Source of the DNA: Hemiscyllium ocellatum
Lineage: Eukaryota
Assembly: GCF_020745735.1 (NCBI RefSeq)
Contig: NC_083446.1
Span: forward strand, 13,618,068 to 13,682,067
DNA length: 64,000 nucleotides
Direction: 5' to 3'
Position numbers and translations under genes: made by a program. This document shows positions 37,546 to 51,518 of this stretch, piece by piece; positions within the stretch are counted from its first letter, which is position 1, and the number at the start of each line of letters is the position of its first letter. Under the pieces are notes generated by a model. The model ran no database searches. It saw nothing but the letters and a program-made list of their open reading frames with translations, and was not told where the DNA came from.

Positions 37546-38358
37546 AATCATACCATTTGATCCTTTTAGCCCCAAGAATTATATCAAAGTCCTTCTTGAA
37601 ACCATTCAATGTTTTGGCCTTTGTCACTCTGTGGCAGAGAATTCCATAGGCTCACTATGCTCTGGGTGAAGAGATTTCTCACCATCTCAGTCCTCAATGC
37701 CACATCTTTCAGCTGTGACCCCCAGTTCTGGACTCTCCAGTCATCAGGAACATCCTTTTTGTGTTTACCCAATCCTCGCAGGTTAACCCTATGTTCCTGT
37801 GAAGGCTAACTAACTCTGCATGAGTATTGTTCAAGTAAGTTAACGACCGAAACACAGGTGATAAGATTCATGCCCTCGCCACAACAACTTTAAAATACAC
37901 TTGAATGATGTCGAAAAAGACATCAGCTGAACAGGTGCCCCTGCAGGCTCTGTGGGAGACAAACACATCAATGTGTTTCCCCATGTATTTGTCCTTCTGA
38001 TCAGCAGGAACAGGGCAAATATCACTGCATTTACAGTGGAGCAGCCCTTGCTCACTGAATGACACAAACACCTGAAAAGGGAACTGAGATGGCAATGCGC
38101 GATTCGATTGTAGGCCTCCAAAGAGATGAGATCCATCACCTTAGATAGCTCAACCACAGCAGCACATCAGATTAACTACTGTCACCACTGCAACAGAACT
38201 TGAGCAAACTCGAACAGGCCTTCGGTCCCTTGACCCGAATCCATTGATTCAGGAGGTCATACATATCAGCAGCCTCAACACAGATTTCCTACCCAGTCTC
38301 AATTGCCATGCATTCATTTACAGTCCAAAAGCCTCTTCATCCTGACTGAGGATTTACT

Positions 38359-39446
38359 GGGAGAAAGTGAGGACTGCAGATGCTGGAGATCAGAGCTGAA
38401 AATGTGTTGCTGGAAAAGCGCAGCAGGTCAGGCAGCATCCAAGGAGCAGGAAATCCGACGTTTCGGGCATAAGCCCTTCTTCAGGAATGAGGAAAGTGTG
38501 TCCAGCAGGCTGAGATAAAAGGTAGGGAGGAGGGACTTGGGGGAGGGGCGTTGGAAATGTGATAGGTGGAAGGAGGTCAAGGTGAGGGTGATAGGCCGGA
38601 GAGGGGGTGGGCGCGGAGAGGTCAGGAAGAAGATTGCAGGTTAGGAAGGTGGCGCTGAGTTCGAGGGATTTGACTGAGACAAGGTGGGGGGAGGGGAAAT
38701 GAGGAAACTGGAGAAATCTAGGTTCATCCCTAGGCGGAAGATGAGGCGCTTTTCCTCCAGCAGTCGTGTTGCTATGGTCTGGCGATGGAGGAGTCCAAGG
38801 ACCTACATGTCCTTGGCGGAGTGGGAGGGGGAGTTGAAGTGTTGAGCCACGGGGTGGTTGGGTTGGTTGGTCCGGGTGTCCCAGAGGTGTTCCCTGAAAC
38901 GTTCCGCAAGTAGGCGGCCTGTCTCCCCAATATAGAGGAGGCCACATCAGGTGCAGCGGATGCAGTAAATGATGTGTGTGAAGGTGCAGGTGAATTTGTG
39001 GCGGATATGGAAGGATCCCTTGGGGCCTTGGAGAGAAGGGGGGGGGGGGGTTTGGGCACAAATTTTGCATTTCTTATGGTTGCAGGGAAAGGTGTCGGGA
39101 GTGGAGGTTGGGTTGGTGGGGATTGTGAAGCTGACCAGGGAGTCACAGAGGGAGTGGTCTTTTCGGAATGCTGATAGGGGAGGGAAATATATCTCTGGTG
39201 GTGGGGTCCATTTGGAGGTGGCGGAAATGACGACGGATGATACGATGTACGTGGAGATTGGTGGGGTGGTAGGTGAGGACCAGTGGGGTTCTGTTCTGGT
39301 AGCAATTGGAGGGGCGGGGCTCAAGGGCGGAGGAGCGAGAAGTGGAGGAGATGCGGTGGAGGGCATTGTCGATCATGTCTGGGGGGAAATTGTGGTCTTT
39401 GAAGAAGAAGGCCATTTGGGTTATACGGTATTGGAACTGGTCCTCC
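38359..39446 (-). mobile_element. Penelope-like element 3' fragment (Neptune-type): RT C-terminus, GIY-YIG endonuclease, pLTR with hammerhead
   Basis: PLVLTYHP, FPCNHKKCKIC, IIYCIRC; hammerhead at 38452-38488. Confidence 0.92.
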
Positions 39447-39574
39447 AAGAGACCATTTGGCATGTGGGATTAATGATGGAACCATGCAAAAGCGCTGCTA
39501 CTTGAAGCCCAACTGGACTTCAAACAGGCAATACAGCTGGATTTATCATTAGAAAAACGTAGAAAATGGAGTAG

Positions 39575-40135
39575 ACCACAAGACATAGGAGTGGAAGGAA
39601 GGCCATTCGGCCCATCGAGTCCATTCTGCCAATCAATCATGGCTGATGGGCATTTCAACTCCACTTACCAGCGTTCTCCCCATAGTCCTTAATTCCTTGT
39701 GACATCAAGAATTTATCAATCTCTACCTTGAAGACATTTAGCGTCCCGGCCTCCACTGCACTCTGCGGCAATGAATTCTACAGGCCCATCACTCTCTGGC
39801 TGAAGAAATGTCTCTGCGTTTCTGTTCTGAATTGACCCCCTCTAATTCTAAGGCTGTGTCCATGGGTCCTAGTCTCCTCGCCTAACGGAAACAATTTCCT
39901 AGTGTCCACCCTTTCCAAGCCATGTATTATCTTGTCCATTTCTATTAAATCTCCCCTTAATCTTCTAAACTCCAATGAATACAATCCCAGGATCCTCAGC
40001 CGTTCCTCGTATGTTAGACTTACCATTCCAGGGATCATCTGTGTGAATCTCCGCTGGACACGCTCCAGTGCCAGTATGTCCTTCCTGAGGTGTGGGGACC
40101 AAAACTGGACACAGTACTCCAAATGGGGCCTAACC
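39575..40135 (-). mobile_element. CR1 LINE 3' fragment (low divergence)
   Basis: EYCVQFWSPHLRKDILALERVQRRFT open frame. Confidence 0.9.
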
Positions 40136-40137
40136 TA

Positions 40138-40228
40138 ATTCCTGATGAAGTGCTTATGCCCGAAAAATGGACTCTCTTGCTCCTCAGATGCTGCCTGACA
40201 GGTTGTGCTTTTCCAGCACCACACTCTT
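40138..40228 (+). mobile_element. Short PLE pLTR fragment
   Basis: Begins ATTCCTGATGAAG; mutated hammerhead. Confidence 0.8.
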
Positions 40229-40234
40229 CAACAG

Positions 40235-41435
40235 ACATTTCTCCCAGACAGGCATACACCTCAGAAGGGAAAAATGTTTTCCACACACCCCAAGCAACAA
40301 CAGGTTACACCTGTTGGAAGTTAGAGTGAGGAAGATCAAAGGCGCCCTAGCTTCCACATCTGTACCGGAGCTTAGACCTTTCTTTGGACTGGTGAATTTT
40401 TCTGGAAAGTTCATGCATAATCTGGCCTCCTTCCTGACACCTTTGAAAAGGTCAGCTTTGGAAATGGTCGCATAGCCAAGCCAGGGAAATGAAGAAACAG
40501 CTATCATCCTCCAAGCTGTTGGCACACTGTGATCCCAAGACAGATCTAACATTGATTTGCGAAGCCTCCCTGTACAGTATCAGGGTAGTATTAGCTCATA
40601 GGTGGCTCAACAAAGAGGAACATCCAATAGAGTATGCATCCTTGACTTTGGCTAATGCAGAGCATAAATACGCTAAGGTAGAGAAGGAAGGTGTGGCGGG
40701 CACATTTGGAGTCAGGAAGTTCCACCAATATCTTTACGATTGTACATTTGTAATAATAACGGACTACAAACCCCTGCTAGCTCAATGAAAGAGAGGACAA
40801 AGCAGTGCTGCTCATAGCTTCAGGCTAAATTCAGCCCTAATACGAACAGTGTATAGTTACAAGCTGGTACATTGTTTGGGTGGCCAAGTAACAAATACAG
40901 ATGCATTGAGCTACGTCCCACTGGCAGATACACCACTGGAAAAAGCCAGAATGGTTTTAAATTTTCTGGACACACACAGTTTCAGCTGACAATAATCAGA
41001 CTTTAGACGTAGAAAGATCCAGTCCTGGCAAGACTGAAAGAGCCGGTGATGATGGCTGCCACAACCAGAATGGAAACCTTTTCAGAGCCAGAGATTCGAG
41101 ATCACAGTACAGGACAGCATGGGGAGCAAGAACGATTGTCCCAAGCAAAGGATGCCACCGGATGATACGGGATAAATTCGACTGGGCTCATCCAGAGGTG
41201 TCGGCAAGAAGTTGTGTCTGACGGCCAGAATTGGGTGCAGAGTGAGCTGCATTGGTGGGGCAGTGCCCAGGGTGCCAATAAGGACAAACATTACTGCCAG
41301 CAGCTCCCTCACATTCGTGGAAATGGCCAGGTAAACCCTGGACTCGGTTTCGTGTCAACTATGCAGGCCCATTCAAGTGCTTAATACTCTTAATCATTAT
41401 GGATGCCCGCTCAAAGTGAGTGGATATGCATAGAT
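40235..41435 (+). mobile_element. Ty3/Gypsy LTR retrotransposon pol fragment (RT end, RNase H, integrase start)
   Basis: ELRPFFGLVN, LAHCDP..PIEYAS.TL..AE.KYA.VEKE..FGVRKFHQYLY...TDYKPL, PWTR....AGPF. Confidence 0.9.
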
Positions 41436-42286
41436 TTACTTGTCAAACATGGACAATTCCAGAAAAACTGCACGTCTTTTGGGATCATCCTTATATGCGA
41501 ATGAGGAACAGCTGGGACAACACATTAATCCTCGTCTGGTACCATTCTTTTTGAATGCACGATATAGATGAAAAAAAGCTACCCAATGAACAGTCCGCTG
41601 ATTTCTCAGCAACAAACCCAAACAAGCAGACAAAACACATCCAGAAACCCTAGCCACTCTCCCCTATATCAAAGACATCTCGGAAATGACTGCCAGACTA
41701 CTCAGACCCCTTGGCATCATGGTAGCCCACAAACCCACCAACACAGTAAAACAGCAGCTCATGAATTTGAACTATACAGACAATGAGCAAAACTAACATC
41801 ATTTACACAATACCGTTCAAGGACTGTAACAAGCACTACATTGGACAAACAGGCAGAAAACTAGTCACCAGGAAACATGAACACCAACTAGTCACAAAAG
41901 ACATGACCCGCTCTCACTCGTATCCTCACGGATGAAGAAGGACACCACTTTGACTGGGAAAATACATCTATCCTTGGACAAGCCAAACAAAGACATGCAC
42001 GAGAATTCCTAGAAGCATGGCATTCCAACCAGAACTCGATCAACAAACATGTCGAGTTAGACCCCACCTACCACCCTCTGAGAAAAGGAACAGGAACTGA
42101 CTTCACCGCAGGAAATAACATCACCACAGAAAATGGGATCAACAACCCAAAGAAACCCAAATATATAAATAGAAAGCAGGAATTTTTAGCATTGCTTCGC
42201 CTGAGGTCCACTGAAGATGCTACCTAATAAGGTAACAAAATGCCTGGAAATGAACCTTTCAGCTCAGTGAGCAAATCTATATCCAA
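41436..42286 (+). mobile_element. Penelope/Poseidon-type PLE 3' fragment (GIY-YIG plus pLTR)
   Basis: NIIYTIPFKDCNKHYIGQTGRKL at about 41795-41865; degenerate hammerhead at 42208-42250. Confidence 0.88.
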
Positions 42287-42289
42287 TTG

Positions 42290-42800
42290 CTCATTCCCTC
42301 CTTGAAGAACTCTAACAGATTTGTCAGGCATGACCTCCCATTGATGTTACTGTGCTGACCCAGCCCTATTTTATCGTGTCCTTTCACCTACCCCGCAATC
42401 TCATTCTTAATAACGGACTCTAAAATCTTAATGACTGAACGCGAGTGAACCGACCTATCATTTTCTGTCTTCCGCCCCCCACCCTTCTTAAATAGGACCA
42501 TTACACTAGCCTTTTTCCAGTCCGCCGACACTTTCCCGGACTCCAGTGATTCCCGAAAGATCACCATTAATGCCTCTACAATCTCCTCAGCTATCTCCTT
42601 CTGAATTCTGGGATGTTGTCCATTCAGTCCACGTGACTTATGGACCTTCAGAACTTCTCTTTAGTGATGGCCACCACACTCAACTCTGCCCCCCACCGAT
42701 GCTCAAAGTTCTGGAATGCTACTGGTGTCTTCCACTGTGAAAACTGATGCAAAGTACACATTCAATTCACTTTGTTCCCCATTACCACTTATCCAGCAGT
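42290..42800 (-). mobile_element. CR1 RT-region fragment
   Basis: Similar to 44340-44800. Confidence 0.65.
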
Positions 42801-43154
42801 CCAATGTCTACTCTCACCTCTTTCTTATTTTTTATATACCTAAATATATATCTAAAAAAGACAAATTAAAGACAAGAATAGAAAAGTCTTCTTTTTTTTT
42901 CCAAGTATTACTCGAGTAAACCTTTCAACTGCTCCCAATGCACTAACATCCTTTAATACATGGTGACTCATAATAATCTAGATGCGGTCTCTCTAATGCC
43001 TTATATCAGTGAGGCATAACCCCCCCTTCTCTTGTAATCAATCCCCCTTGCAATAAACCGTAAAATTCTACGAACGTTCCTGATAACTTGCTGTAGTTGC
43101 ATACAAACTTCTGCGATTCAGGCACTGGAACACCCAGGTCTCTCAGCAACATCA

Positions 43155-45400
43155 TACCATGGAGTCAGAGTCCGACATTCCTTTAGCCCAAACTGGTCCA
43201 TGCTGACCAAAACGTCCACCAAAGCAAACTCCATTTCTCTGCACTTGGCCGATATCCTTCGAAAACCTTTCCTATCTGTGTATTTGCCCAAATGCCTTTT
43301 AAATGTTGTTCATGTACCCACCTCAGCCACTTCCACTAGCAGCTCATTCCATATGTGTACAACCCTCTGTGTAAAAACGTTGCCCCTCAGGTTCTCTTTT
43401 ATTCTTTCCCCCTCACCTTATACTGATGCCCTCTAATCCTCGATTCCCCAACCCTGTGCATTCACCCTGTACATTCACCCTCTCATGACCTTATACACTT
43501 CAATTAGATCCCCCTCAGGCTCCTATACTCTAAAAGTTAAAAAAAGGTCCTAGCTTGTCCAACCTCTCCCTACAACTCAGACCATGAGTCCTGGCAACAT
43601 CCCTGTAAATTTCTTCTGCACTCTTTCCAGTTTAATAACATCCTTCCTATAGCAAAGTGACCAAACCAGAACACAATATTCCAAGTGCGGCCTCACCAAC
43701 GTCCTGTACAACTGCAACATAACGTCGCAACTTCTATACTCAATGCCCTGACTGATGAAGGTTAGTGTGCCAAAAGCCTTCTTCACTGCCCTGTCTACCT
43801 GTGACTCCACTTTCAGAGACCTGGAGTGCAGGTGCACAAGGTCTTCTGTTGCACTACACTCTTTAAGGCCCTACCATTCACCATGAAAATCCTACCTTTA
43901 TTTGACTTTCCAAAGAGCAAGATCTCACACTTATCTATATTAAACTCCATTTGCCATTTCTTGGCCCACTTCCCCAGCTGATCAAGGTCCTGCTGCAATT
44001 TCTGACAACCTTCCTCACTGTCCACGATCTCGCCTATTTTAGTGTCATCACCAAACTTACTAATCATGCCTTGTACATTCTCATCCAAATCATTGATATC
44101 AATAATGAACAATGGGCCCAGCACCAACCCAACGCATTCCACTAGTCACAGGCCTCCGGTCTGACAAGCATCTTTTCACTATTACCCTCTGCTTTCTACC
44201 ATCAAGCCAATTGTGTATCCCCTGGATTCCATGTGATCTAACCTTCCAGAGCAGCCTATCATGTGCAACCTTACAAAAGGCTTTACTGAAAGCTCTACAA
44301 ACTACGTGTTCTGCCCTGCTATCGCCAACCTTCCTGGTCACTTCATCAAAGAACTCTAATGAATTTGTGAGGCATGATCTCTCACACAAAGTCATGCTGA
44401 CTACTCCTAATCAAACCCTCTCTTTCCAAAAGATGTATATCCTTTCTCTCAGAATTTTCTCAAGTAACTTAGACACTACAGATGTTAAGCTCACTGGTCT
44501 ATAGTTCCCACATTTTTCTTTGCAGCCCTTCTTGAATAATGGCACATCTTTTGCTACGCTGCAGTCTTCCAGAACTGATGCAGATATATAAGCCAGGGCT
44601 CCCACTATTTCCTCTCTAGCCTCTTGCAGTGTTCTTGGATATATCTGGCCAGGACTAGCAGATTTATCCACCTTCATACATTCTAATATGTCCAACATTA
44701 CCTCTCCTGTGATATGGACTGTCCCCAAGATATCATCATTAACTTCCCAAAGTCTTCATGTCTCTCTCCACAGCAAACACAGATGCAAAAAAGTCATTGA
44801 GGACCTCGCCCATCTCCTGCAGTTCCACACACACACACACACACGTCTACTTTGGTCCTTGAGGGGTCCTGTTCTCTCTCTTTTTCTTTTAATGTACTTA
44901 GGATTCACCCTCATCTTCTCAGCCAAGGCCATCTCGTACCCTCTTTTCACCCTCCTGATTTCCTTCTTCAGTAAACGTCTGCATCCCCTCTCACTCCAAC
45001 GATTCTCTTGATCCCTGCTGCCTGTATCTAAGCCATACCTCCTCCTTTTTTCTGGTCAAAGCCTCAATACCTCTTGTCATCCAGGGATCCCTATTCCTGC
45101 GAACCTTGCCTTTCACCCTCACAGGAAAATATCAACCTTGAACTCTAGCTATTCACTTTTAAAGACCTCCCACTTGCCAGAGTTCCCTTTGACTGCAAGC
45201 AAACAATCTACTCCAATCAACCTCTGCAAGCTCCCGTCTAATTCCATCAAAATTCACCTTTTCCCAGTTTAGAACTTGAACTAGTTTTGTCCCTCTCCAT
45301 TACTATTTTAAAATCAGAACTATAAATGGAACTATGGTCATTGGTCCCAAAGTGCTATTTCCCAAGAGGAGGAGATCGAGTTTTGCTCCTTCCTGAGTTG
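43155..45400 (-). mobile_element. CR1 LINE, about 2.2 kb, 5'-truncated
   Basis: Multiple ORF2 peptides (NYRPVSLTSVV, SKFGDDTKIG, LVRPHLEYC). Confidence 0.92.
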
Positions 45401-45678
45401 GACCCTCTGCATTACAACTCAGTATATGAGGGAAAAAAGAATAACATGTGCATTCTGCCTGCTGAGATTCTACTAAATTCACATTTACCACACTTGCATT
45501 CATTGCTCAGTCTTTGAGTATGCGAGTTGGGATATTCCGTTGAGGTTGCACAGGACGTTAGGGAGGGCTCTTCAGGGAGTACTGTGCCCAGTTGCATCAT
45601 TACAGGAAGGATATTATTGAGTGGGAGAGGACTCAGAAGAGATTTTTCCAGAATGTTGTCGGGAATGGAGGGTTGGTG

Positions 45679-45969
45679 AGATTAGATTAGATTAGATTCC
45701 TTACAGCGTGGAAACAGGCCCTTCGGCCCAACAAGTCCACACCGACCCTCTGACTAATGCAGCTAACACTATGGGCAATTTAGCATGGCCAATTCATCTA
45801 ACCTGCACATTTTTGGAGTGTGGGAGGAAATCAGAGCACCCGGAGGTAACCCACGCAGACACGGGGAGAATGTGCAAACTCCACACAGACAGTCACCCAA
45901 GGCTGGAATTGAACCTGGGACCTGGTGCTGTGAGGCAGCAGTGCTAACCACTGAGCCACCGTGCTGCCC
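45679..45969 (-). mobile_element. HE1-type SINE
   Basis: Head, V-domain, tail. Confidence 0.92.
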
Positions 45970-46859
45970 CTCAATTTGATATTTGGCCTCAATTCACTGA
46001 TCCATCTAATTCCCATCTGTTTCCCATAAGAGTTTAAAAATCTATTGGTTTCATCCCTGAATTATTCAAACTTGAGCATCATTTGCCCTAAGTTAGAGGA
46101 TTCCAAAGATTTACAACTCTCTGAATGAAGACATTCACTGTTAGAAAAGTCAACAAACTCATAGCTTCTTTGGATTTCACTGGGATCCTTTTAAAATGTT
46201 GATTTAGTTTGCAGTAATCACATGGTGCAGCTCTGCACTGAAATAAGCTTTAATAAAACATAGTTAAAATTGATGATCTGAAAATCGCTTCCTTTGGCCG
46301 TGACAGCTTTGTAAACATGATTCTAACAGACTGAACAATAAAATCTGTAATGCACTTCAAACCTTGTCTTGATTAATTGCCTATAACGGTCAGGTTATTC
46401 TGTACAGATTATGATGTTCATGCATATTCCCATTACAGGTTAAGAATTGATGCAAAGCAGTGTTTGGTTTCCACTGTTACTAACGTTGTGAGACTACTTT
46501 AGGTCTCAGGGGCAAATCAGGTATTAATTTGAGGTGGAGTGAGATTCCTATGAAGTGGTTCCATTCCTCTTTGAAGTGGGCCTAGATTCTGGATTCCCCT
46601 TGTATTTACACCATGCTGGTGGAAAGCAAAATCTGATAAAGTTCACCCATTGTGACACACTTCAGCTTATTGGTGATGTAACTGGCATCTTCAAAGCCCA
46701 TCTCTTGGAATCATATGGCAGGAGAGCTCACTGCTTCCAGGACATTTAATCTCTCATGGCACTGGTAGCATATTTCGGCCCCAGCTCCACAACACTTCAG
46801 TTGCTGCAAGCCAAGATCCACACTTTACACTCTGGTGTTCCAGCATTATCCCTGATGAA

Positions 46860-47097
46860 ATGGCCCAGAAAAGCAAGTTGGTTCCTTGGTCTTTCTGAAG
46901 TGACCTGGAGGTGCTGATGGATGACGTGGTGGGACGAAGCACAGTGTCTTTTTCCGGCCGACTGGCAAGGAGGCTACACTACCAGACCCAGCCAGCATGG
47001 ACTGGGTTCATGGCCAGGGTTAGTGCAGTGCCCTGGCTGAAACATAATGGACTGCAACACAGGAAAAAGGTTAATGATCTTCTGTGATCTACAAAAG
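46860..47097 (+). mobile_element. Degenerate Myb/SANT-like exon, probably from a Harbinger DNA transposon
   Basis: Manual translation across frameshifts: F*SDLEVLMDDV..R, PAW...MARVSA, QHRKKVNDLL, then donor AG|GTAAAT. Confidence 0.6.
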
Positions 47098-47611
47098 GTA
47101 AATGTCACTCTATGTTACCTCACCACGTCCACTGACTCTAGCTGTCAAAGCACCTCAGCAAATTTCGTGGACTACAGCGGTCATTGTTACATGCATCTTG
47201 TCCACCCGATGGCTCTCACACACCTCATCAACCTCAATGTGGAAAAATCATTATGAAATTGTTTAACAGGCTGATGATTTCTTTTTGATCCATTAGATAT
47301 ACTGTCTAATGTTGAGAGGCCGGGTAACAGGACCACCTTGTGATATTGTTGAGCTGCGTTGACATTACATAAATATTGCATCTGATTTTAAAATGGCAGA
47401 CAGAAGGATCTCCCAATCGTATTCTTTCTAATTTATTCCCCAAAATAACATGTGGCGAAGTGTGAAATATTGAACAGCAACACTGTAGTTATCCAATCAA
47501 ACTATACTTGAATAGTGATTGCTCTTATTGAGAAAAAAATAACAGGGAGCACAACCAAACAAAAGTGGAGCCTCTTTCTCACGCACAGACTGTCCGAAAC
47601 ATTCATTTGCA

Positions 47612-47972
47612 TATGGTGTTGAGGGATGACCTTATTGAGGTTTATAAAATCATAAGGGGTATAAATAAGGTGAATGGCTGGTGTCTTTTCTCCAAGTTGA
47701 GGGATTTCAAGATGATGGGGCATATATTTAAAGTGAAAGGAGAACGATTAAAAAAAAATACATTTGGGGTATTTTTATTTTGCACAGAGGGTGGTTCACG
47801 TGAGGAATAAACGTCCGGAAGAAATGGTGGATGCAGGTACTTTAAAAGACTTTAAAAGACACTTGGATAAGGACATGAATAAGGATTGTTTGGAGGGATA
47901 TGGGCCAAGTGCTGGCAGGTGGGACTAGTTTAGTTTAGGATTATGGTCAGCATGGACTGGTTGGACCAAAGA
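47612..47972 (+). mobile_element. CR1 3' fragment
   Basis: LRDDLIEVYKIIRG. Confidence 0.85.
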
Positions 47973-48135
47973 ATCATAGTCATACAGCAGAGAACCACAA
48001 GCGATCTACATGTAGAGCCTTTTCTGTTGTTAATTACATCCGATATAAAACTGCGGTGATGGCTCATGCACTTTGGTTCAATTGATTCAATAACTCTCCT
48101 CGGGCCAATGGCTTCAAATGACATTGGATCACAAA

Positions 48136-51100
48136 AGGTAAAAACAATGACTGCAGATGCTGGAAATCAGATTCTGGATCAGTGGTGCTGGGAGAGCACA
48201 GCAGTTCAGGCAGCATCCAACGAGCAGCGAAATCGACGTTTTGGGCAAAAGCCCTTCATCAGGAATAAAGGCAGTGAGCTGGAAGCATGGAGAGATAAGC
48301 TAGAGGAGGGTGGAGTGGGGAGAGAGTAGCATAGAGTACAATGGGTGAGTGGGGGAGGAGATGAAGGTGATAGGTCAGGGAGGAGAGGGTGGAGTGGATA
48401 GGTGGAAAAAAAGATAGGCAGGTCGGACAAGTCCAGACAAGTCATGGGGACAGTGCTGAACTGAAAGTTTGAAACTAGGATGAGGTGGGGGAAGGGGAAA
48501 TGAGGAAGCTGTTGAAGTCCACATTGATGCCCTGGGGTTGAAGTGTTCCGAGGCGGAACATGAGGCCCAGGACCTCCATGTCCTCGGCAGAGTGGGAGGG
48601 GGAGTTGAAATGTTGGACCACGGGGCGGTGTGGTTGATTGGTGCAGGTATCTCGGAGATGTTCCCTAAAGCGCTCTGCTAGGAGGCGCCCAGTCTCCCCA
48701 ATGTACAGGAGACCGTATCGGGAGCAACGGATACAATAAATGATATTAGTGGATGTGCAGGTAAAACTTTGATGGATGTGGAAGGCTCCTTTAGGGCCTT
48801 GGATAGAGGTGAGGGAGGAGGCATGGGCACAGGTTTTACAGTTCCTGCGGTGGCAGGGGAAAGTGCCAGGATGGGAGGGTGGGTTGTAGGGGGTCGTGGA
48901 CCTGACCAGGTAGTCATGGAGGGAATGGTCTTTGTGGAAGGTGGAAAGGGGTGGGGAGGGAAATATATCCCTGATGGTGGGGTCTTTTTGGAGGTGGCGG
49001 AAATGTTGGCAGATGATTTGGTTTATGCGAAGGTTGGTAGGGTGGAAGGTGAGCACCAGGGGCGTTCTGTCCTTGTTACAGTTGGAGGGGTGGGGTCTGA
49101 GGGCGGAGGTGCGGGACGTGGACAAGATGCGTTGGAGGGCATCTTTAACCACGTGGGAAGGGAAATTGCGGTCTCTAAAGAAGGAGGCCATCTGGTGTGT
49201 TCTATGGTGTAACTGGTCCTCCTGGGAGCAGATATGGCGGAGGCGGAGGAATTGGGAATATGGGATGGCATTTTTGCAAGAGATAGGGTGGGAAGAGGTG
49301 TAATCCAGGTAGCTGTGGGGGTGGGTGGGTTTGTCAAAAATGTCAGTGTCAAGTCGGTCATCATTAATGGAGATGGAGAGGTACAGGAAGGGGAGGGAGG
49401 TGTCAGAGATGGTCCAGGTAAATTTAAGGTCAGGGTGGAATGTATTGGTGAAGTTGATGAATTGCTCAACCTCCTCGCGGGAGCACGAGGTGGCACCAAT
49501 GCACTCATCAATGTAGCGGAGGAAGAGGTGGGGAGTGGTGCCAGTGTAATTACGGAAGATCAACTGTTCTATGTAGCCTACAAAAAGACAGGCATAGCTG
49601 GGGCCCATACGTGTGCCCATGGCTACCCCTTTGGTCGGGAGGATTCAAAGGAGAAATTGTTAAGGGTGAGGACCAGTTCGGCCAAACAAATGAAAGTGTC
49701 GTTGGAAGGGTACTGTTGGGGACGTCTGGAGAGGAAAAAACGGAGAGCTTGGAGGCCCTGGTCATGGCGAATGGAGGTGTAGAGGGATTGGATACCCATG
49801 GTGAAGGTAAGGCGTTGTGGGCCGGGGAAACGGAAGTCTTGGAGGAGGTAGAGGGCATGGGTGGTGTCTCGAACGTATGTTGGGAGTTCGGACAGTGGCA
49901 AGGTAGGTAGAGATGAGTTCAATGGGGCAGGAGCATGCTGAGACAATGGGTCGGCCAGGGTGGTCAGGCTTGTGGATCTTGGGAAGGAGGTAGAACCGGG
50001 CAGTGCGGGGTTCCCGGACTATGAGGTTGGAAGCTGTGGGTGGGAGATCTCCTGAGGTGATGAGGTTCTGTATGGTCTGGGAGATGATGGTTTGGTGATG
50101 GGGGGTGGGGTCATGGTCTAGGAGGCAGTAGGAAGAGGTGTCCTCGAGTTGGCGTTTAGCTTCAGCGGTGTAGAGGTCAGTGCGCCAGACTACCACTGCA
50201 CCCCCTTTATCCGCTGGCTTAATGGGGAGGTTGGGATTGGAGCAGAGGGATTGGAGGGCTGCACATTGTGAGGGTGAGAGGTTAGAGTGGGGGAGGGGGG
50301 TAGACAGGTTGAGGCAGTTAATGTCCCGGCGGCAGTTGCAAATGAAGAGGTCAAGGGCAGGTAATAGGCCAGCGCGGGGTGTCCAGGTGGATGCAGTGTG
50401 TTGGAGGTGGGCGAAGGGGTCCTCGGAAGGTGGTCGGGAATCCTGATTGTGAAAGTAAGCTCGGAGGTGGAGGTGGCGGAAGAATTGTTCGACGTCACGG
50501 CGTGTATTAAATTCATTGACGCGTGGACGGAGGGGGATGAAGGTGAGTCCTTTGCTGAGGACTGATCGTTCGTCCTCAGTGAGGGGGAGGTCTGGAGGGA
50601 TGGTGAAAACTCGGCATGGCTGGGAGCTGGGATCTGGTGTAGGTGTGGAGCTGGGAGTGGGGTCGGAGCCAGTACCTGGAGTGGGTGTGATGGTGGGGGG
50701 AATTGGGGTGGAGTCATGAGCAGGGGTAATGCGCCCCTCAGGGTTCTGGGGGGTGGGGATAGTGACAGTGGGGTCTGTGGGGGGGCGTGTCAGCAGACTG
50801 CAGGTGAGTGGCGCTGGTGGGAGCGGAAGTGGTGGCAGATGCAACAGTAGGGGTGGCGGAAGTCACTGAGTGTGTGGCATCAGCGATGATGTGAGGGCCG
50901 AAAGTGGCTTTGGGAGTGGCCATGATGGGGGCGGAAGTGAGATCAATCAGCATGGGGGTGGAAGCTGCATCAGCCGCATGGCTAATGGCGTTTCTGAGGC
51001 CGGGGGAATCTTCTGGAATGTTTGAGGAGCGCTGGTTATAGAGGTGGGTGGATAAAAGTTTGTTGTACTTACAGTTTTTGATTTTTGAGATGGAATTGAA

Positions 51101-51518
51101 GTACTGTTTGTCGAGAGCATGAATTCTCCTGAGGATGTAGTACAGAGTGGGTCCTTTGCAATTCTGAGAGAGCGTGGCCCTCAGCTGAGGCAGGGCTGAC
51201 TGTAGAGAGGTTAGGTACCGGCGCATTGCTGCAAGCGTGGAGTGGAGGATCCTGAACGAGAACTGTTGCTGGTGTTTTTGAATCTGTAGTCTGTACTGTT
51301 TGTCCTGTTCGGGTCCGAACTCTGCTGGTTTAAAGGTGCTTCGGAGTCCGTGTGGGATGAGTTGGTTACAGAGGCAGGCACTGAGGAAGCAAATGTGGCT
51401 GTGGTACCGAGTTTGTTTCACGACATGGTTGAAGAGCTTCAGGGCAGAGGAAATGACCTGGGAGTTGCAGTGGGAGAGGGACTCCCTGAGATTCTTGTAG
51501 AGAGAGGAGGAAAACTTC
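48136..51518 (-). mobile_element. Near full-length Penelope-like retroelement (Neptune-type), frameshifted
   Basis: LSKGLTFIP, PADKGGAVV, FYLLPKIHK..PGRPIVS, MGTRMGPSYA, RYIDE, C-x4-C-x2-C motif, NIIYCIRC..YIGETGR (GIY-YIG); pLTR with hammerhead at 48231-48266. Confidence 0.95.
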
